This document shows, piece by piece, positions 10,866 to 19,499 of a DNA stretch of 64,000 bases. Below the pieces are notes generated by a model that worked only from the letters and a program-made list of their open reading frames with translations, was not told the origin of the DNA and did not search any database. The translations under genes were made by a program, and so were the position numbers. This stretch comes from Opitutaceae bacterium (lineage in GTDB: Bacteria; Verrucomicrobiota; Verrucomicrobiia; Opitutales; Opitutaceae): assembly GCA_015075305.1 (NCBI GenBank), contig JABTUS010000004.1, positions 238,679-302,678 of the forward strand, given 5' to 3'. Each line of letters begins with the position of its first letter. Position 1 is the first letter of the stretch.

Positions 10866-12206
10866 ATGAGTTCCTTCCCGCTTCCTCCCCCGCCGCTTCC
10901 GTTGCGTCGTCGCGTGGTGATCACCGGCCTTGGCGCGGTGACACCGCTCGGGCTGAATGCCGCGGACACCTGGAGCGGTCTGGTGGCCGGACGGTCCGGG
11001 ATCGGGCCGATCACGCGATTTGATGCATCGGCGTGCAATGTCCGCATCGCGGGCGAGGTGAGGGGATTTGATCCGACAACGCCATTGGGGGCGCCGTTGT
11101 ATCCACGCGGCAAGGACAGTGAACCCGTTCTCGCGCCGTTCACGCCCAAGGATCTCAAGAAGTTCGGACGCTTCACCTTTCTCGGCGGCGCCGCCGCGCT
11201 TGAGGCGTATGCCGATTCCGGCCTTGACGCCCATCGCACGGCGCTCGACTCCGATCGCATGGGTGTGAACCTTGGCGTGGGCATCGGCGGTCTGCCCGAG
11301 ATCGAGGCCATGCACGATGTCTACAAGACGGGAGGCTATCGCCGGATATCGCCCTTTTTCATCATCCAGATCGCTCCGAACCTTCTGGCCGGCCAGGTGA
11401 GCCTGATGCTGAACTTCCGGGGTCCGAACATGGCGGTGGCCTCCGCTTGTGCAACGAGCGGCCATTCCCTGGGTGAGTCGGCGGCGGCGATTGCGAGAGG
11501 GGATGCCGATGTGATGATTGCCGGCGGCGCCGAATCCACGGTGACGCCGCTGGCGATCGGAGCGTTTGCGCAGATGCGGGCGCTGTCCTCCCGCAATGAC
11601 CATCCGGAGGCGGCCTCACGCCCCTACGATGTCGGTCGCGACGGCTTTGTTCTTTCCGAGGGATCCATCGTGTTTCTTCTGGAGGAGCGCGAGCAGGCGC
11701 TGAAGCGGGGCGCCAGGATCTATGCCGAGGTGCGAGGATACGGAGCGTCGGCGGATGCCTGGCATCTTTCATCGCTGGCCGAATCGGCCGAAGGTTCGCA
11801 GCGTTCGATGCGGAGGGCGCTGGTTACCTCCGGTCTGGAGGCGCGGGACATCGACTTCGTGTCAGCCCATGCGACCTCGACGCCGGGTGGCGACGGTGAG
11901 GAGGCGGCGGCCATAGCCGCTGTATTTGCCGACAACAGGCATGCGCTGCATGTCAGCGCCACCAAGTCCATGGTGGGCCATCTCCTTGGTGGAGCAGGCG
12001 CCATGGGCGCCTTTGCAGCCGTCCTCGCCATCCGCGACGGCGTGATACCGCCGACAATCAATCTGAAGGACCTGGATCCTGCGATTGCATCGCTCGGCCT
12101 GCAGATCGCCGCCAACGCCGCAGTACGGAAACCGGTGCGCGCAGCGCTCGCAAACAGCTTTGGTTTCGGGGGAACGAATGCGTCGCTGGTTGTCGCTGCA
12201 CCGTAG
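10866..12206 (+). CDS. fabF: beta-ketoacyl-ACP synthase II
   Basis: RRVVITGLGAVTPLG, active-site ASACATSGHS, HATSTPGGD, ATKSMVGHLLGGAG, NSFGFGGTNASLV. Start taken at the second ATG (MSSFPLPP). Confidence 0.92.
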   Translation: MSSFPLPPPPLPLRRRVVITGLGAVTPLGLNAADTWSGLVAGRSGIGPITRFDASACNVRIAGEVRGFDPTTPLGAPLYPRGKDSEPVLAPFTPKDLKKFGRFTFLGGAAALEAYADSGLDAHRTALDSDRMGVNLGVGIGGLPEIEAMHDVYKTGGYRRISPFFIIQIAPNLLAGQVSLMLNFRGPNMAVASACATSGHSLGESAAAIARGDADVMIAGGAESTVTPLAIGAFAQMRALSSRNDHPEAASRPYDVGRDGFVLSEGSIVFLLEEREQALKRGARIYAEVRGYGASADAWHLSSLAESAEGSQRSMRRALVTSGLEARDIDFVSAHATSTPGGDGEEAAAIAAVFADNRHALHVSATKSMVGHLLGGAGAMGAFAAVLAIRDGVIPPTINLKDLDPAIASLGLQIAANAAVRKPVRAALANSFGFGGTNASLVVAAP

Positions 12207-12237
12207 CTGCGGTTCAGGTCAAAGCGCGGAATTGCCA

Positions 12238-13722
12238 ATGTTCCGATTTGCGGCCTCTATGCAGGCCATGAAACGTCCTCCCCTGATTGTCCTGAGTGTG
12301 TTCCTGCTTGCGGTAGTCCTGGTGCAGACCGGGGCAGAGGCCGGTCCGTTGAATGTTCTATTCATCTCGGTTGATGACATGAACAACGATCTCGGGACCT
12401 ACGGCCATCCGCTGGTGAAGTCCCCGAGCATCGACCGTCTGGCCAGGGAGGGCGTGCGCTTTGATCGCGCCTACTGCCAGTTTCCGCTTTGTTCACCAAG
12501 CCGGTCCTCGGTGATGACCGGGCTGCGGCCGGATGTGACGCGGGTGTTTGATCTCAGCTATCATTTCCGGCAGGGCCTGCCGGATGTCATCACGCTGCCG
12601 CAGTTGTTCATGAAGCACGGCTATTTTGCGGCGCGCGTCGGGAAGATCTACCACTACGGCAATCCCGGTCAGATTGGCACCAGCGGACTCGACGATCCGG
12701 CATCCTGGGACAAGGTCGTGAATCCGAGCGGGCGCGACAAGACACTTGAATCGAAGGTGATCAACTTCACGCCCAAGCGCGGACTGGGATCATCGCTTTC
12801 GATGTATGCGGATCCGGAGGGCAGGGATGAGGACTACACGGATGGAAAGGTGGCGACCGAGGCGATCCGGCTTCTGGAGGAGAACAAGGACCGGCCGTTC
12901 TTTCTGGCGGTGGGTTTCTACAAGCCGCACTGCCCTTATATTGTTCCGAAGAAATATTTCGATCTCTATCCGCTTTCGGAGATCAAGCTGCCTGTGGTTC
13001 CACCAGGGTATGAGCGGACCGTTCCTGAAGCTGCGCTTGATTCGAACAATCCCTGGCCGATGTTAGGAGCGACTCATCAACAGGCACTGGAGACGGTGCG
13101 TGCCTACTATGCCACACTCTCCTTCGTTGATGCGCAGGTTGGGCGCGTCATGGATGCACTTGATCGCCTGAATCTGCGCGAGAACACGCTCGTGGTGTTC
13201 TGGAGCGATCATGGCTACCTCATGGGTGAACACGGCCTGTTCATGAAACAGAGTCTGTTTGAAGGATCGGCTCGAGTCCCGATGATCATTGTGCCTCCGA
13301 AGCCCAGTCATCCAGGAGTTGCGAGTCCGCGCACTGTCGAACTGCTCGACATGTACCCGACGATCGCGGATCTCGCGGGAATTCCCGTGCCCGCCGCAGT
13401 CGAGGGGCGAAGCCTGCGTCCTTTGCTGGAGGATCCGAGCGCGAAGTGGAATCACCCGGCGTTCATCCAGACGCAGCGCGCGGGGTTTCCGGGCCACAGT
13501 GTGCGCACGGAGCGCTGGTGCTATGTGGAGTGGGACCGGGGGGCCAGGGGCAGGGAATTGTATGACTTGAAGGCGGATCCCGGAGAGATGACCAATCTCG
13601 CCGACAACCCGGCCCATGCGAAGACCATCGCGAGACTGCAGAAACTTCTGCATGAGGTGCACCCGCATCCCGTCGAGGGAGGAAAGGCTCCGGCGGCGAA
13701 TGGAAAGGGAAAGAAGAAATAG
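12238..13722 (+). CDS. formylglycine-dependent sulfatase (iduronate-2-sulfatase-like), secreted
   Basis: Signal peptide, NVLFISVDDMNNDLG, FGly motif LCSPSRSSVMTG, FWSDHGYLMGEHG. Start at ATG 12238, just after the fabF stop. Confidence 0.9.
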   Translation: MFRFAASMQAMKRPPLIVLSVFLLAVVLVQTGAEAGPLNVLFISVDDMNNDLGTYGHPLVKSPSIDRLAREGVRFDRAYCQFPLCSPSRSSVMTGLRPDVTRVFDLSYHFRQGLPDVITLPQLFMKHGYFAARVGKIYHYGNPGQIGTSGLDDPASWDKVVNPSGRDKTLESKVINFTPKRGLGSSLSMYADPEGRDEDYTDGKVATEAIRLLEENKDRPFFLAVGFYKPHCPYIVPKKYFDLYPLSEIKLPVVPPGYERTVPEAALDSNNPWPMLGATHQQALETVRAYYATLSFVDAQVGRVMDALDRLNLRENTLVVFWSDHGYLMGEHGLFMKQSLFEGSARVPMIIVPPKPSHPGVASPRTVELLDMYPTIADLAGIPVPAAVEGRSLRPLLEDPSAKWNHPAFIQTQRAGFPGHSVRTERWCYVEWDRGARGRELYDLKADPGEMTNLADNPAHAKTIARLQKLLHEVHPHPVEGGKAPAANGKGKKK

Positions 13723-13755
13723 CCCCACGTCATTCTGTCCCCGGCAATCCGAAGC

Positions 13756-14511
13756 CTATTGGCTCAGGAACCTGTCCAGGGCGGCGTCGACGGCGAGGAC
13801 ATGCATCCGCATCCTCTCGTCGAGTGGAAATGCCGACGGTGACTCAAGCGTGTAGGAAAGCGTGGTGTGGTGGAGGCTCAGATAGAAGGCCTCGGGCCAG
13901 CGTTCTCTCCTGGCAGGATCAGCATCGGGTCGGATGATGCCGCCGATGGACGGGCGTCCATCGATTTCGGGGGCCATGTCAATCGGGTGGGCGGCGGCGA
14001 CCTGGTCGATGATTGTCCGGGCGAGCGATGGGCGCGCGTTGGGATTCAGCTCATAGAGGTAGTATCCCTTGGATTCCCAGTCCTCGTGCAGGCAGATCGA
14101 GAGGTCAAAGCTCGGCTGGTACTCGAGCCATTTCACATGGGCCGCAACTTCAGGGGTGACCCTGTGGCGATAGTCTCGATTCAAGTCGATTCCGGCGCGA
14201 TTCTCGCGCTTCCCCTGCAGGAAGCCGGAGGGATTGAGCATGGGTACAAGAAACCACACCGCCCGTGAATCAAACCGGCCGCGCTCGAGCAGATTCAACA
14301 GTGCAAGCGGGGCTGCCGGCTCATCGCCGTGCACGCCGCTGGAAAGGTAGATGCGGGGCCGCGGACCCGTCGTCCGTTTTGTCATCGCGATCAACGGACA
14401 TCCCTCGATGACGGCCATGGTCTGCGCCCGGAATCCCTGGCGTCCTCCCGCGTCGGCAAAGCGTTCGAGCAATTCCTTCGGTTCAAATGGTGCGGCTTTG
14501 ACAGGATCCAT
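13756..14511 (-). CDS. M14-family zinc carboxypeptidase-like protein
   Basis: 251 aa with [12 protein letters not shown] (HxxE zinc site), MLNPSG, DLNRDY and CLHED, as in M14/succinylglutamate-desuccinylase-type enzymes. Confidence 0.7.
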   Translation of the reverse strand: MDPVKAAPFEPKELLERFADAGGRQGFRAQTMAVIEGCPLIAMTKRTTGPRPRIYLSSGVHGDEPAAPLALLNLLERGRFDSRAVWFLVPMLNPSGFLQGKRENRAGIDLNRDYRHRVTPEVAAHVKWLEYQPSFDLSICLHEDWESKGYYLYELNPNARPSLARTIIDQVAAAHPIDMAPEIDGRPSIGGIIRPDADPARRERWPEAFYLSLHHTTLSYTLESPSAFPLDERMRMHVLAVDAALDRFLSQ

Positions 14512-14562
14512 CGACTGCTTCTTGCTCTTCCTTTCCCGTCATCTCAAGCGCAACTCTTCACC

Positions 14563-15879
14563 ATGGCACCCGTCCGCGTTCGTTTCGCACCCAGTCCCAC
14601 CGGTTTTTTTCACATCGGCAGCGCCAGGACCGCCCTGTTCAACTGGCTCTACGCGCGTCATGCGGGAGGAACCTTCGTGCTTCGGATAGAGGACACCGAC
14701 AAGGAAAGGAACAGCGATGCGTTCCTGCAGGTGATCTATGACAGCCTGCGCTGGCTCGGATTGAACTGGGACGAGGGGCCGCTTGTGGGCGGCGATCATG
14801 GTCCCTACCGGCAGAGTGAACGCGCGCACATCTATCGCGCCTACCTCGACAGGCTGAAGGAAGCCGGGCGCACGTATGAGCGTGAGGGGGCTACATTCTT
14901 CCGGATCTCCGGAAAACCGCAGGTCATCGAGGACGCGATTCGGGGGCGGGTGGAACGAACCGAGGAGAAGGATTTTGTGATTTTCCGTTCTGATGGGAAT
15001 CCCGTCTTTCACTTTGTGAACGTGGTCGATGACATTGCGATGAAGATCACCCACGTGATTCGCGGTGAGGATCATCTCTCGAACACCAGCAAGCACACCG
15101 AATTGTTCGCGGCGTTTGAGGCACCGCTTCCCATTTACGCGCACATTCCCCTGATCCTGAAGCAGCATGGCCCGGGCAAGATGTCTAAACGCGATCAAGG
15201 CGCATTGATCGAGGAGTACCAGCGCCGGGGTTTCCAGCCTGAGGCGCTGGTGAACTTCCTGTGCCTGCTTGGCTGGTCGCCGAAGGACGATCGGGAGAAG
15301 ATGCCGATTGAGGAGATCATCCGGCTCTTCGACCTGCCCGCCGTTCATCAGGGTAATGCGCGCTTCGATGAGAAGAAGCTGGCGCACATGAACATGGCGT
15401 ACCTGCATGCGATGTCTCCGGAGCGTTACTTTGAAGTCGCGTCGGAATACCTCGGCAGGATCGGATTTCTTGCGGTTCACAAGCCGGATGAAGCGTACCT
15501 GCGAGCGGTGCTCTCGCTTTGTCAGGTGAAAGTGCGCTCGCTCGAGGAACTGCCGGCGGCCATCGCCTATTTCCTCACGGAGGACTATCCCTTCGATGCT
15601 AAATCCAGGGAGAAGATCCTGGCGAAAGGGGACCCCAGGGTGCGTTTGCAGGAATTCAGGGAGGCATTGCCGGCTGCGGACTTTTCGTCCGATGCCTCGC
15701 TGGAAACCTGGCTGCAGGCCCTGGCTGCGGCCAAAGGTGCAACGACTTCCGACTACATTCATCCGGGGCGCCTGGCGTTTTCAGGAGGAAGCGCGGGTCC
15801 GACATTCTATGGGCTGCTGCGCGTCCTTGGACGGGAGCGCGCGGAGAGGCGCATCGACCGCTTTCTGGCGGCGTTTTGA
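14563..15879 (+). CDS. gltX: glutamate--tRNA ligase
   Basis: [28 protein letters not shown] (HIGH motif) and KMSKR. The upstream part of the track ORF is antisense to the M14 gene. Confidence 0.93.
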   Translation: MAPVRVRFAPSPTGFFHIGSARTALFNWLYARHAGGTFVLRIEDTDKERNSDAFLQVIYDSLRWLGLNWDEGPLVGGDHGPYRQSERAHIYRAYLDRLKEAGRTYEREGATFFRISGKPQVIEDAIRGRVERTEEKDFVIFRSDGNPVFHFVNVVDDIAMKITHVIRGEDHLSNTSKHTELFAAFEAPLPIYAHIPLILKQHGPGKMSKRDQGALIEEYQRRGFQPEALVNFLCLLGWSPKDDREKMPIEEIIRLFDLPAVHQGNARFDEKKLAHMNMAYLHAMSPERYFEVASEYLGRIGFLAVHKPDEAYLRAVLSLCQVKVRSLEELPAAIAYFLTEDYPFDAKSREKILAKGDPRVRLQEFREALPAADFSSDASLETWLQALAAAKGATTSDYIHPGRLAFSGGSAGPTFYGLLRVLGRERAERRIDRFLAAF

Positions 15880-15913
15880 TTGGCATGATTCGGACAGGGG
15901 ATGCCGGTGGCCG

Positions 15914-16264
15914 TCAGGGTCGTTTCCGCCTGTTTCTCTTGTCCAGCAGCACCACGACGGGTTTGTGCCGCCTCGCCTCGTCCGGCTCAAAGTCGGCATA
16001 GGCCGCGATGATCACCTCGTCTCCCGGCTGCACGAGCCGGGCCGCGGCACCGTTGATCATGATCTCGCCGCGCCTGCGCCCGCCGATGACGTACGTGGCG
16101 AAGCGCTGGCCGTTGGTCACGTTGTAGATTTCCACGCGCTCGTGGAGGAGAAAACCGGCGGCGCGGCGCAGTTCGGGCGCGATGGCGATCGAGCCCTCGT
16201 AGTTGATGTCCGCGGCGGTCACGGTTGCGCGGTGGAGCTTGGACTTCAGCAGTGTCAGACGCAT
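15914..16264 (-). CDS. panD: aspartate 1-decarboxylase
   Basis: MRLTLLKSKLHRATVTAADINYEGSIAI (pyruvoyl-forming GS site). 116 aa from the internal ATG at 16264. Confidence 0.92.
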   Translation of the reverse strand: MRLTLLKSKLHRATVTAADINYEGSIAIAPELRRAAGFLLHERVEIYNVTNGQRFATYVIGGRRRGEIMINGAAARLVQPGDEVIIAAYADFEPDEARRHKPVVVLLDKRNRRKRP

Positions 16265-16271
16265 GGCGGGT

Positions 16272-17054
16272 TCACCCGGCGGATTCGCGGTTGATGAACT
16301 CGGCGTGTTTGAGGCCGTACAGCACAAGTTCGGGCACGATCTCGTCGAACAGGCTCTCGGACTCGAACATCCTCGCAAAGCCGCCGGTGCCGATGACGTG
16401 CGGACGCGTGCCGTTGAACGCCTCGATCATGAGCACGGATATGAGGTTGTGGATCGCACCGACATGACCGTGATAAAGGCCCGCCTGGATGCTTTCGACC
16501 GTGCTGCGGCCGAGCGCAGCCTCCGGACGGGCGATTTCAACCGAGGGGAGGCGAGCAGTGCGGTTCGACAGCACCTCGGCCGAAATGCCGAGCCCGGGCA
16601 GGATCGCGCCGCCAAGGTAGTCACCGCGGCCCGAAACCACATCAAAGGTCGTGGCCGTGCCGCAGTCCACCACGAGGCAGTTTTCGCCGGGGCGTCGCAG
16701 CGTGGCCGCAATGGCGTTCGCGACCCTGTCGGCCCCGACTTCGGCGGGATTGCGGTACTTGATCTTCAATCCGGTTTTCACGCCGGCCTGGAGAAGGAAG
16801 GGCTCGCACTCAAAGTATTTCACGCAGGCCGCGCGCAGCGGATAGGCCACGGGCGGCACAACCGAGCAGATGGCGACGCGTTTCACGTCGACGGGGTCGA
16901 TCCTGTTCTCACGCAGCACCGCGCGGAGAAATAGGCCGACCTCGTCGGATGAGCCGATGGGGTGGGTGGTTTTTCGAAACTGCACGCGCAGCGCGTCTCC
17001 GTCGAAGACACCGCCGTGGATCTGGGAATTGCCGACATCAAGGGTCAATAGCAT
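16272..17054 (-). CDS. coaX: type III pantothenate kinase
   Basis: [28 protein letters not shown], 260 aa. Confidence 0.92.
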   Translation of the reverse strand: MLLTLDVGNSQIHGGVFDGDALRVQFRKTTHPIGSSDEVGLFLRAVLRENRIDPVDVKRVAICSVVPPVAYPLRAACVKYFECEPFLLQAGVKTGLKIKYRNPAEVGADRVANAIAATLRRPGENCLVVDCGTATTFDVVSGRGDYLGGAILPGLGISAEVLSNRTARLPSVEIARPEAALGRSTVESIQAGLYHGHVGAIHNLISVLMIEAFNGTRPHVIGTGGFARMFESESLFDEIVPELVLYGLKHAEFINRESAG

Positions 17055-17517
17055 GGTAAGGGAAGGTTGAAAGGTTGAGCCGGTGCGTCAGTTCCGGAGC
17101 CAGTGCATCGCGGGCCGCGTAGCGTGCGACGATCGATATGGCATGCCGGCGGATGTCGGCGGGAAACGCTCCGTCAGCGCGCTGTTGAGACCGATCGTTG
17201 GGCACAACGTGCTCCACGCCATCGCAGGCGGTGAGCATCACCAGGGGCTGCCGCTCCTGGCGGGCCCATTTGAATGCAGGGATGCTTTTCATTCCGCCCC
17301 GGCAGTTGTCCGTGAACGGAGAACCTGCTGGCGGCGGAGTCGGGTCAGAAGTGCTTGTCGCATGGCGATCAGGCCTGAAAGTTTCGGAAACGGTGATTTA
17401 ACGGTGCGGTCCGGTCGCGCACGAGTTCGCGCCGGACGCTGACAAACATTGCAGCCCGGCCATCCCGCGCAACGAAAATTCGCCGTGCGCTTACGGGCCG
17501 CGGCGCTCCCACCCGGC

Positions 17518-17585
17518 GTGGCACAGGCGTCCCGCCCGTCTGAAAGTCCGCGCCCGACTCCGATGTGGCACGGGCGTCCCGCCCG
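17518..17585. repeat. two copies of a 21-nt GC-rich direct repeat (GTGGCACRGGCGTCCCGCCCG), each with a GGGCG-TCC-CGCCC mini-hairpin
   Basis: Copies at 17518-17538 and 17565-17585 differ at one position. They lie in the non-coding stretch downstream of the intI stub. Confidence 0.6.
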
Positions 17586-17632
17586 CGAGTCCTGCACACC
17601 AGCGCCCCCCCCATGTCGCGAAATCACCCTGC

Positions 17633-17812
17633 TCATGCGTCCAGCGGACTCCGCACACCCAGCCCCAGTTTTTGCATCACAGGGGTGTAGATCCGCATGG
17701 TTTCCAGCCGCTCGTGCCCGAGCGGTTCCTGCACTGTGCGATGCGTCGCGATGGACGCTGTTGTCGAGGTGGACAAGAAGACCGCCTTCCATTCCGGAAA
17801 GTGAACGGGAGA
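17633..17812 (-). pseudogene. intI: integron-integrase (IntI) C-terminal stub, N-terminal ~260 codons missing
   Basis: Hand translation: [59 protein letters not shown]. This matches the IntI tail pattern SFATH..RTVQ.LLGH...TTMIYTHV....GVRSPLDA, with an internal deletion and no start codon or N-terminal domains. Confidence 0.6.
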
Positions 17813-17868
17813 GGAAGAATCCTTCCTCCCGCAAAGCCAAACCGACTCGAGCTTTTTGCCGCGGCTTC

Positions 17869-17929
17869 GTTCAACCAGCCGCCCGAGCCAACGGCCCCAA
17901 GCGGCCGTGGCTCATCTTGAACGTTGGGC
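17869..17929 (+). repeat. attC-like repeat A (61 bp)
   Basis: Begins GTTCAAC (fits RYYYAAC) and ends GTTGGGC (fits GTTRRRY). Imperfect dyad GTTCAA/TTGAAC, AGCC/GGCT, ACGGCC/GGCCGT. Shares an 18-nt identical block CGTGGCTCATCTTGAACG with repeat C. Confidence 0.45.
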
Positions 17930-17972
17930 AAGTCCAAGTTGCCATTTACGGCACTGGGATCATTTTGAGCAC

Positions 17973-18188
17973 ATGATCGAGTTGGATCATTCACCAGTAT
18001 CTTCCTCGCCAGAAATTTTGGGCGGGACGCTAGTTTTCGCCCGTACGCGTGTTCCCGTGCAGTCGCTGATCGATTATCTTCAAGACGGATTTACCGTGAA
18101 CCAGTTTTTGGAGTTTTTTCCGTCGGTTCGCAAAGCCGATACGGAGAGCTTCTTGCGAGGATTGATGGTCGGTTTGATGTGTTTGTGA
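17973..18188 (+). CDS. DUF433-family antitoxin-like protein (C-terminal tail read out of frame through a toxin remnant)
   Basis: MIELDHSPVSSSPEILGGTLVFARTRVPVQSLIDYLQDGFTVNQFLEFFPSVRKADTESFL matches the DUF433 pattern (GG.pv..gTRvPV..l...l..G.s..eil..yP.l). ATG at 17973. Confidence 0.65.
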   Translation: MIELDHSPVSSSPEILGGTLVFARTRVPVQSLIDYLQDGFTVNQFLEFFPSVRKADTESFLRGLMVGLMCL

Positions 18189-18352
18189 TCGCCGACAAGA
18201 ACATGCGCTACCAGCAGAGCCTTTCGGGGCGTACTATCGCCATCGTCGAGCTGCCGACAAATCGTTGGCCAATCCTGCAATCGATCACCCAGAAGATAGT
18301 GGCGGCGGTCGATTCCGCACAGCCGGGCGGTTATGTTGTCGTTGAGGAGTGA
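18143..18352 (+). pseudogene. C-terminal half of a PIN-like (DUF5615-type) toxin, N-terminal half deleted
   Basis: Frame +2 reads GELLARIDGRFDVFVIADKNMRYQQSLSGRTIAIVELPTNRWPILQSITQKIVAAVDSAQPGGYVVVEE*. As I recall, the F.V..T.DKN.RYQQNL.GR.IAIV.L motif belongs to the toxin normally encoded downstream of DUF433. There is no N-terminal domain or start codon, and it overlaps the DUF433 ORF. Confidence 0.5.
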
Positions 18353-18356
18353 AACG

Positions 18357-18442
18357 GCCCAACCTCCAGTGAAGCAGGCAGCGAGGAAGTGAGGCGGTGG
18401 CGGGAAAGAGGCTGATACGAGCCGTCCAAATCACCGTTGGAC
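18357..18442 (+). repeat. attC-like repeat B (86 bp)
   Basis: Begins GCCCAAC (RYYYAAC) 5 nt after the toxin-remnant stop and ends GTTGGAC (GTTRRRY). The two cores are near-complementary. The 3' part GAGGCTGAT...GTTGGACGAAG resembles GTGGCTCAT...GTTGGGCAAG of repeat A. Confidence 0.35.
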
Positions 18443-18758
18443 GAAGTCGTCGGGGGGTGAGGCATCGATCTACAGGGAGAAACCTGCCGCTGGGCACTGG
18501 GGAGCGGACGGTCGAAAAGGTCCGGGGAAATTTGCGCGAGCTCGGGTTAAGCATGTTCATCGCGGGAAATTTTCACTGACAGGCCGGGAAGCGGAGCGTT
18601 TGGGTTTTTATGGGAGTGAAGGAGATGGAATGCGTGAGCGGTTCCGCAGGCGATGCCAGAGTGGACGCGAGTCGCATATGGAATCATTTCCGAGTATAGG
18701 AAGACAGAGCGTTGGGTTGTAACCATAGTCCACTTCAAGGATCACCTGACGAACAATC

Positions 18759-18821
18759 CGCCAACCAGAGCCGCCAGAGCCGGCACCGCCAACGCGTCGT
18801 GGCTCATCTTGAACGATTGGC
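18759..18821 (+). repeat. attC-like repeat C (63 bp)
   Basis: CGCCAACCAG... at the 5' side and ...CGTGGCTCATCTTGAACGATTGGC at the 3' side. It is clearly homologous to repeat A (shared CAACCAG and identical 18-mer). Core sites are degenerate (GATTGGC instead of GTTRRRY). Confidence 0.4.
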
Positions 18822-18899
18822 AAGAAGCATGAAGAGGTTCCATTTTGCGACCGCTTGGTTCCTGACGGTGGATTTTCCAGTCAATTCAGCAACAGCACA

Positions 18900-19388
18900 C
18901 TAGCGTTGGAAACGATAGGTCGTGTTGAATATCAATTCGATCCTGGGGGTCACAAAGACGCGGACCTTGATCTTGCCGGCGAGGGAATCGGCTGGGACGG
19001 CCCGGCCTTCGATTCGCCGGGGTTCGCCCTTGGTGTTTTGTGCTCGACCTGAAAATGGGACGGTTTCGCCGGCCGCGAGGCGTGCAAAGGTGTTCTCGGG
19101 AAGATCGATCGTCAGGCTGCCTTTTTCGTTGTAGAAAAAGTAGGGGAAAACCTTGGTGACATAGGTTCCCTGAAGCGTCCTGCCATCGCAGGCGAGCGGC
19201 GGCATGCTGAGCGAGACGGATCCGATATAGATCGATGTGCGCGCCTTCTCCACGATCACCGTGCGCGGCAGAGTGACTGCGGCGGATGCGGAGTCTGTCG
19301 CGGACGGTTGCCCGGCCGATCGAGCATTGTCCGGCTGGATTAACAGGAGCAGGCAGGCTGATCCGAAGAGGGCGGTCCGACGAGGCAT
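18900..19388 (-). CDS. hypothetical secreted protein (162 aa)
   Basis: Internal ATG at 19388 gives [25 protein letters not shown] (signal-peptide-like) followed by a beta-rich sequence with host-like codon usage. I recognise no family. The longer 370-aa track ORF is antisense to argH. Confidence 0.5.
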   Translation of the reverse strand: MPRRTALFGSACLLLLIQPDNARSAGQPSATDSASAAVTLPRTVIVEKARTSIYIGSVSLSMPPLACDGRTLQGTYVTKVFPYFFYNEKGSLTIDLPENTFARLAAGETVPFSGRAQNTKGEPRRIEGRAVPADSLAGKIKVRVFVTPRIELIFNTTYRFQR

Positions 19389-19499
19389 CGGGTGATGCTG
19401 GAGGGGTGGGCAGGCTTTCGCAAATGCCATCTCCACGCTGTTCCGCACGCGAGATTTCGCGTTGCGCATCGGGACCCTGCAATTTCTGCTGTCATCCTT

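Noticed and set aside
10692-11603. Upstream ~300 codons of the 473-aa minus-strand ORF
   Set aside because: Only the last 169 codons carry HIT-family sequence. The rest overlaps fabF on the opposite strand and is Arg-rich nonsense.
14539-15762. 407-aa minus-strand ORF. Similar long shadow ORFs lie at 21230-22921, 22779-23531, 42228-43643, 48321-49649, 50767-51711 and 51857-53140.
   Set aside because: Each lies antisense to a gene with strong family motifs (gltX, mutL, glgP, esterase, TonB receptor, symporter, AraC). I recognise no motifs of their own.
17038-17292. 84-aa minus-strand ORF overlapping the coaX start; I considered a birA remnant.
   Set aside because: I could find no biotin-ligase or other motif. 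There is no support beyond being open, so it is left unannotated.
17519-17535. TGGCAC inside the GC-rich 21-mer as a sigma-54 -24 box
   Set aside because: The -12 position reads TCCC rather than TTGC/GC, and there is no downstream gene in the right orientation.
17541-17552. GAAAGTCCG string reminiscent of the RNase P RNA conserved region
   Set aside because: None of the other universally conserved RNase P segments (GGTAA.., ACAGAA.. and so on) are present nearby, so this is a chance match.
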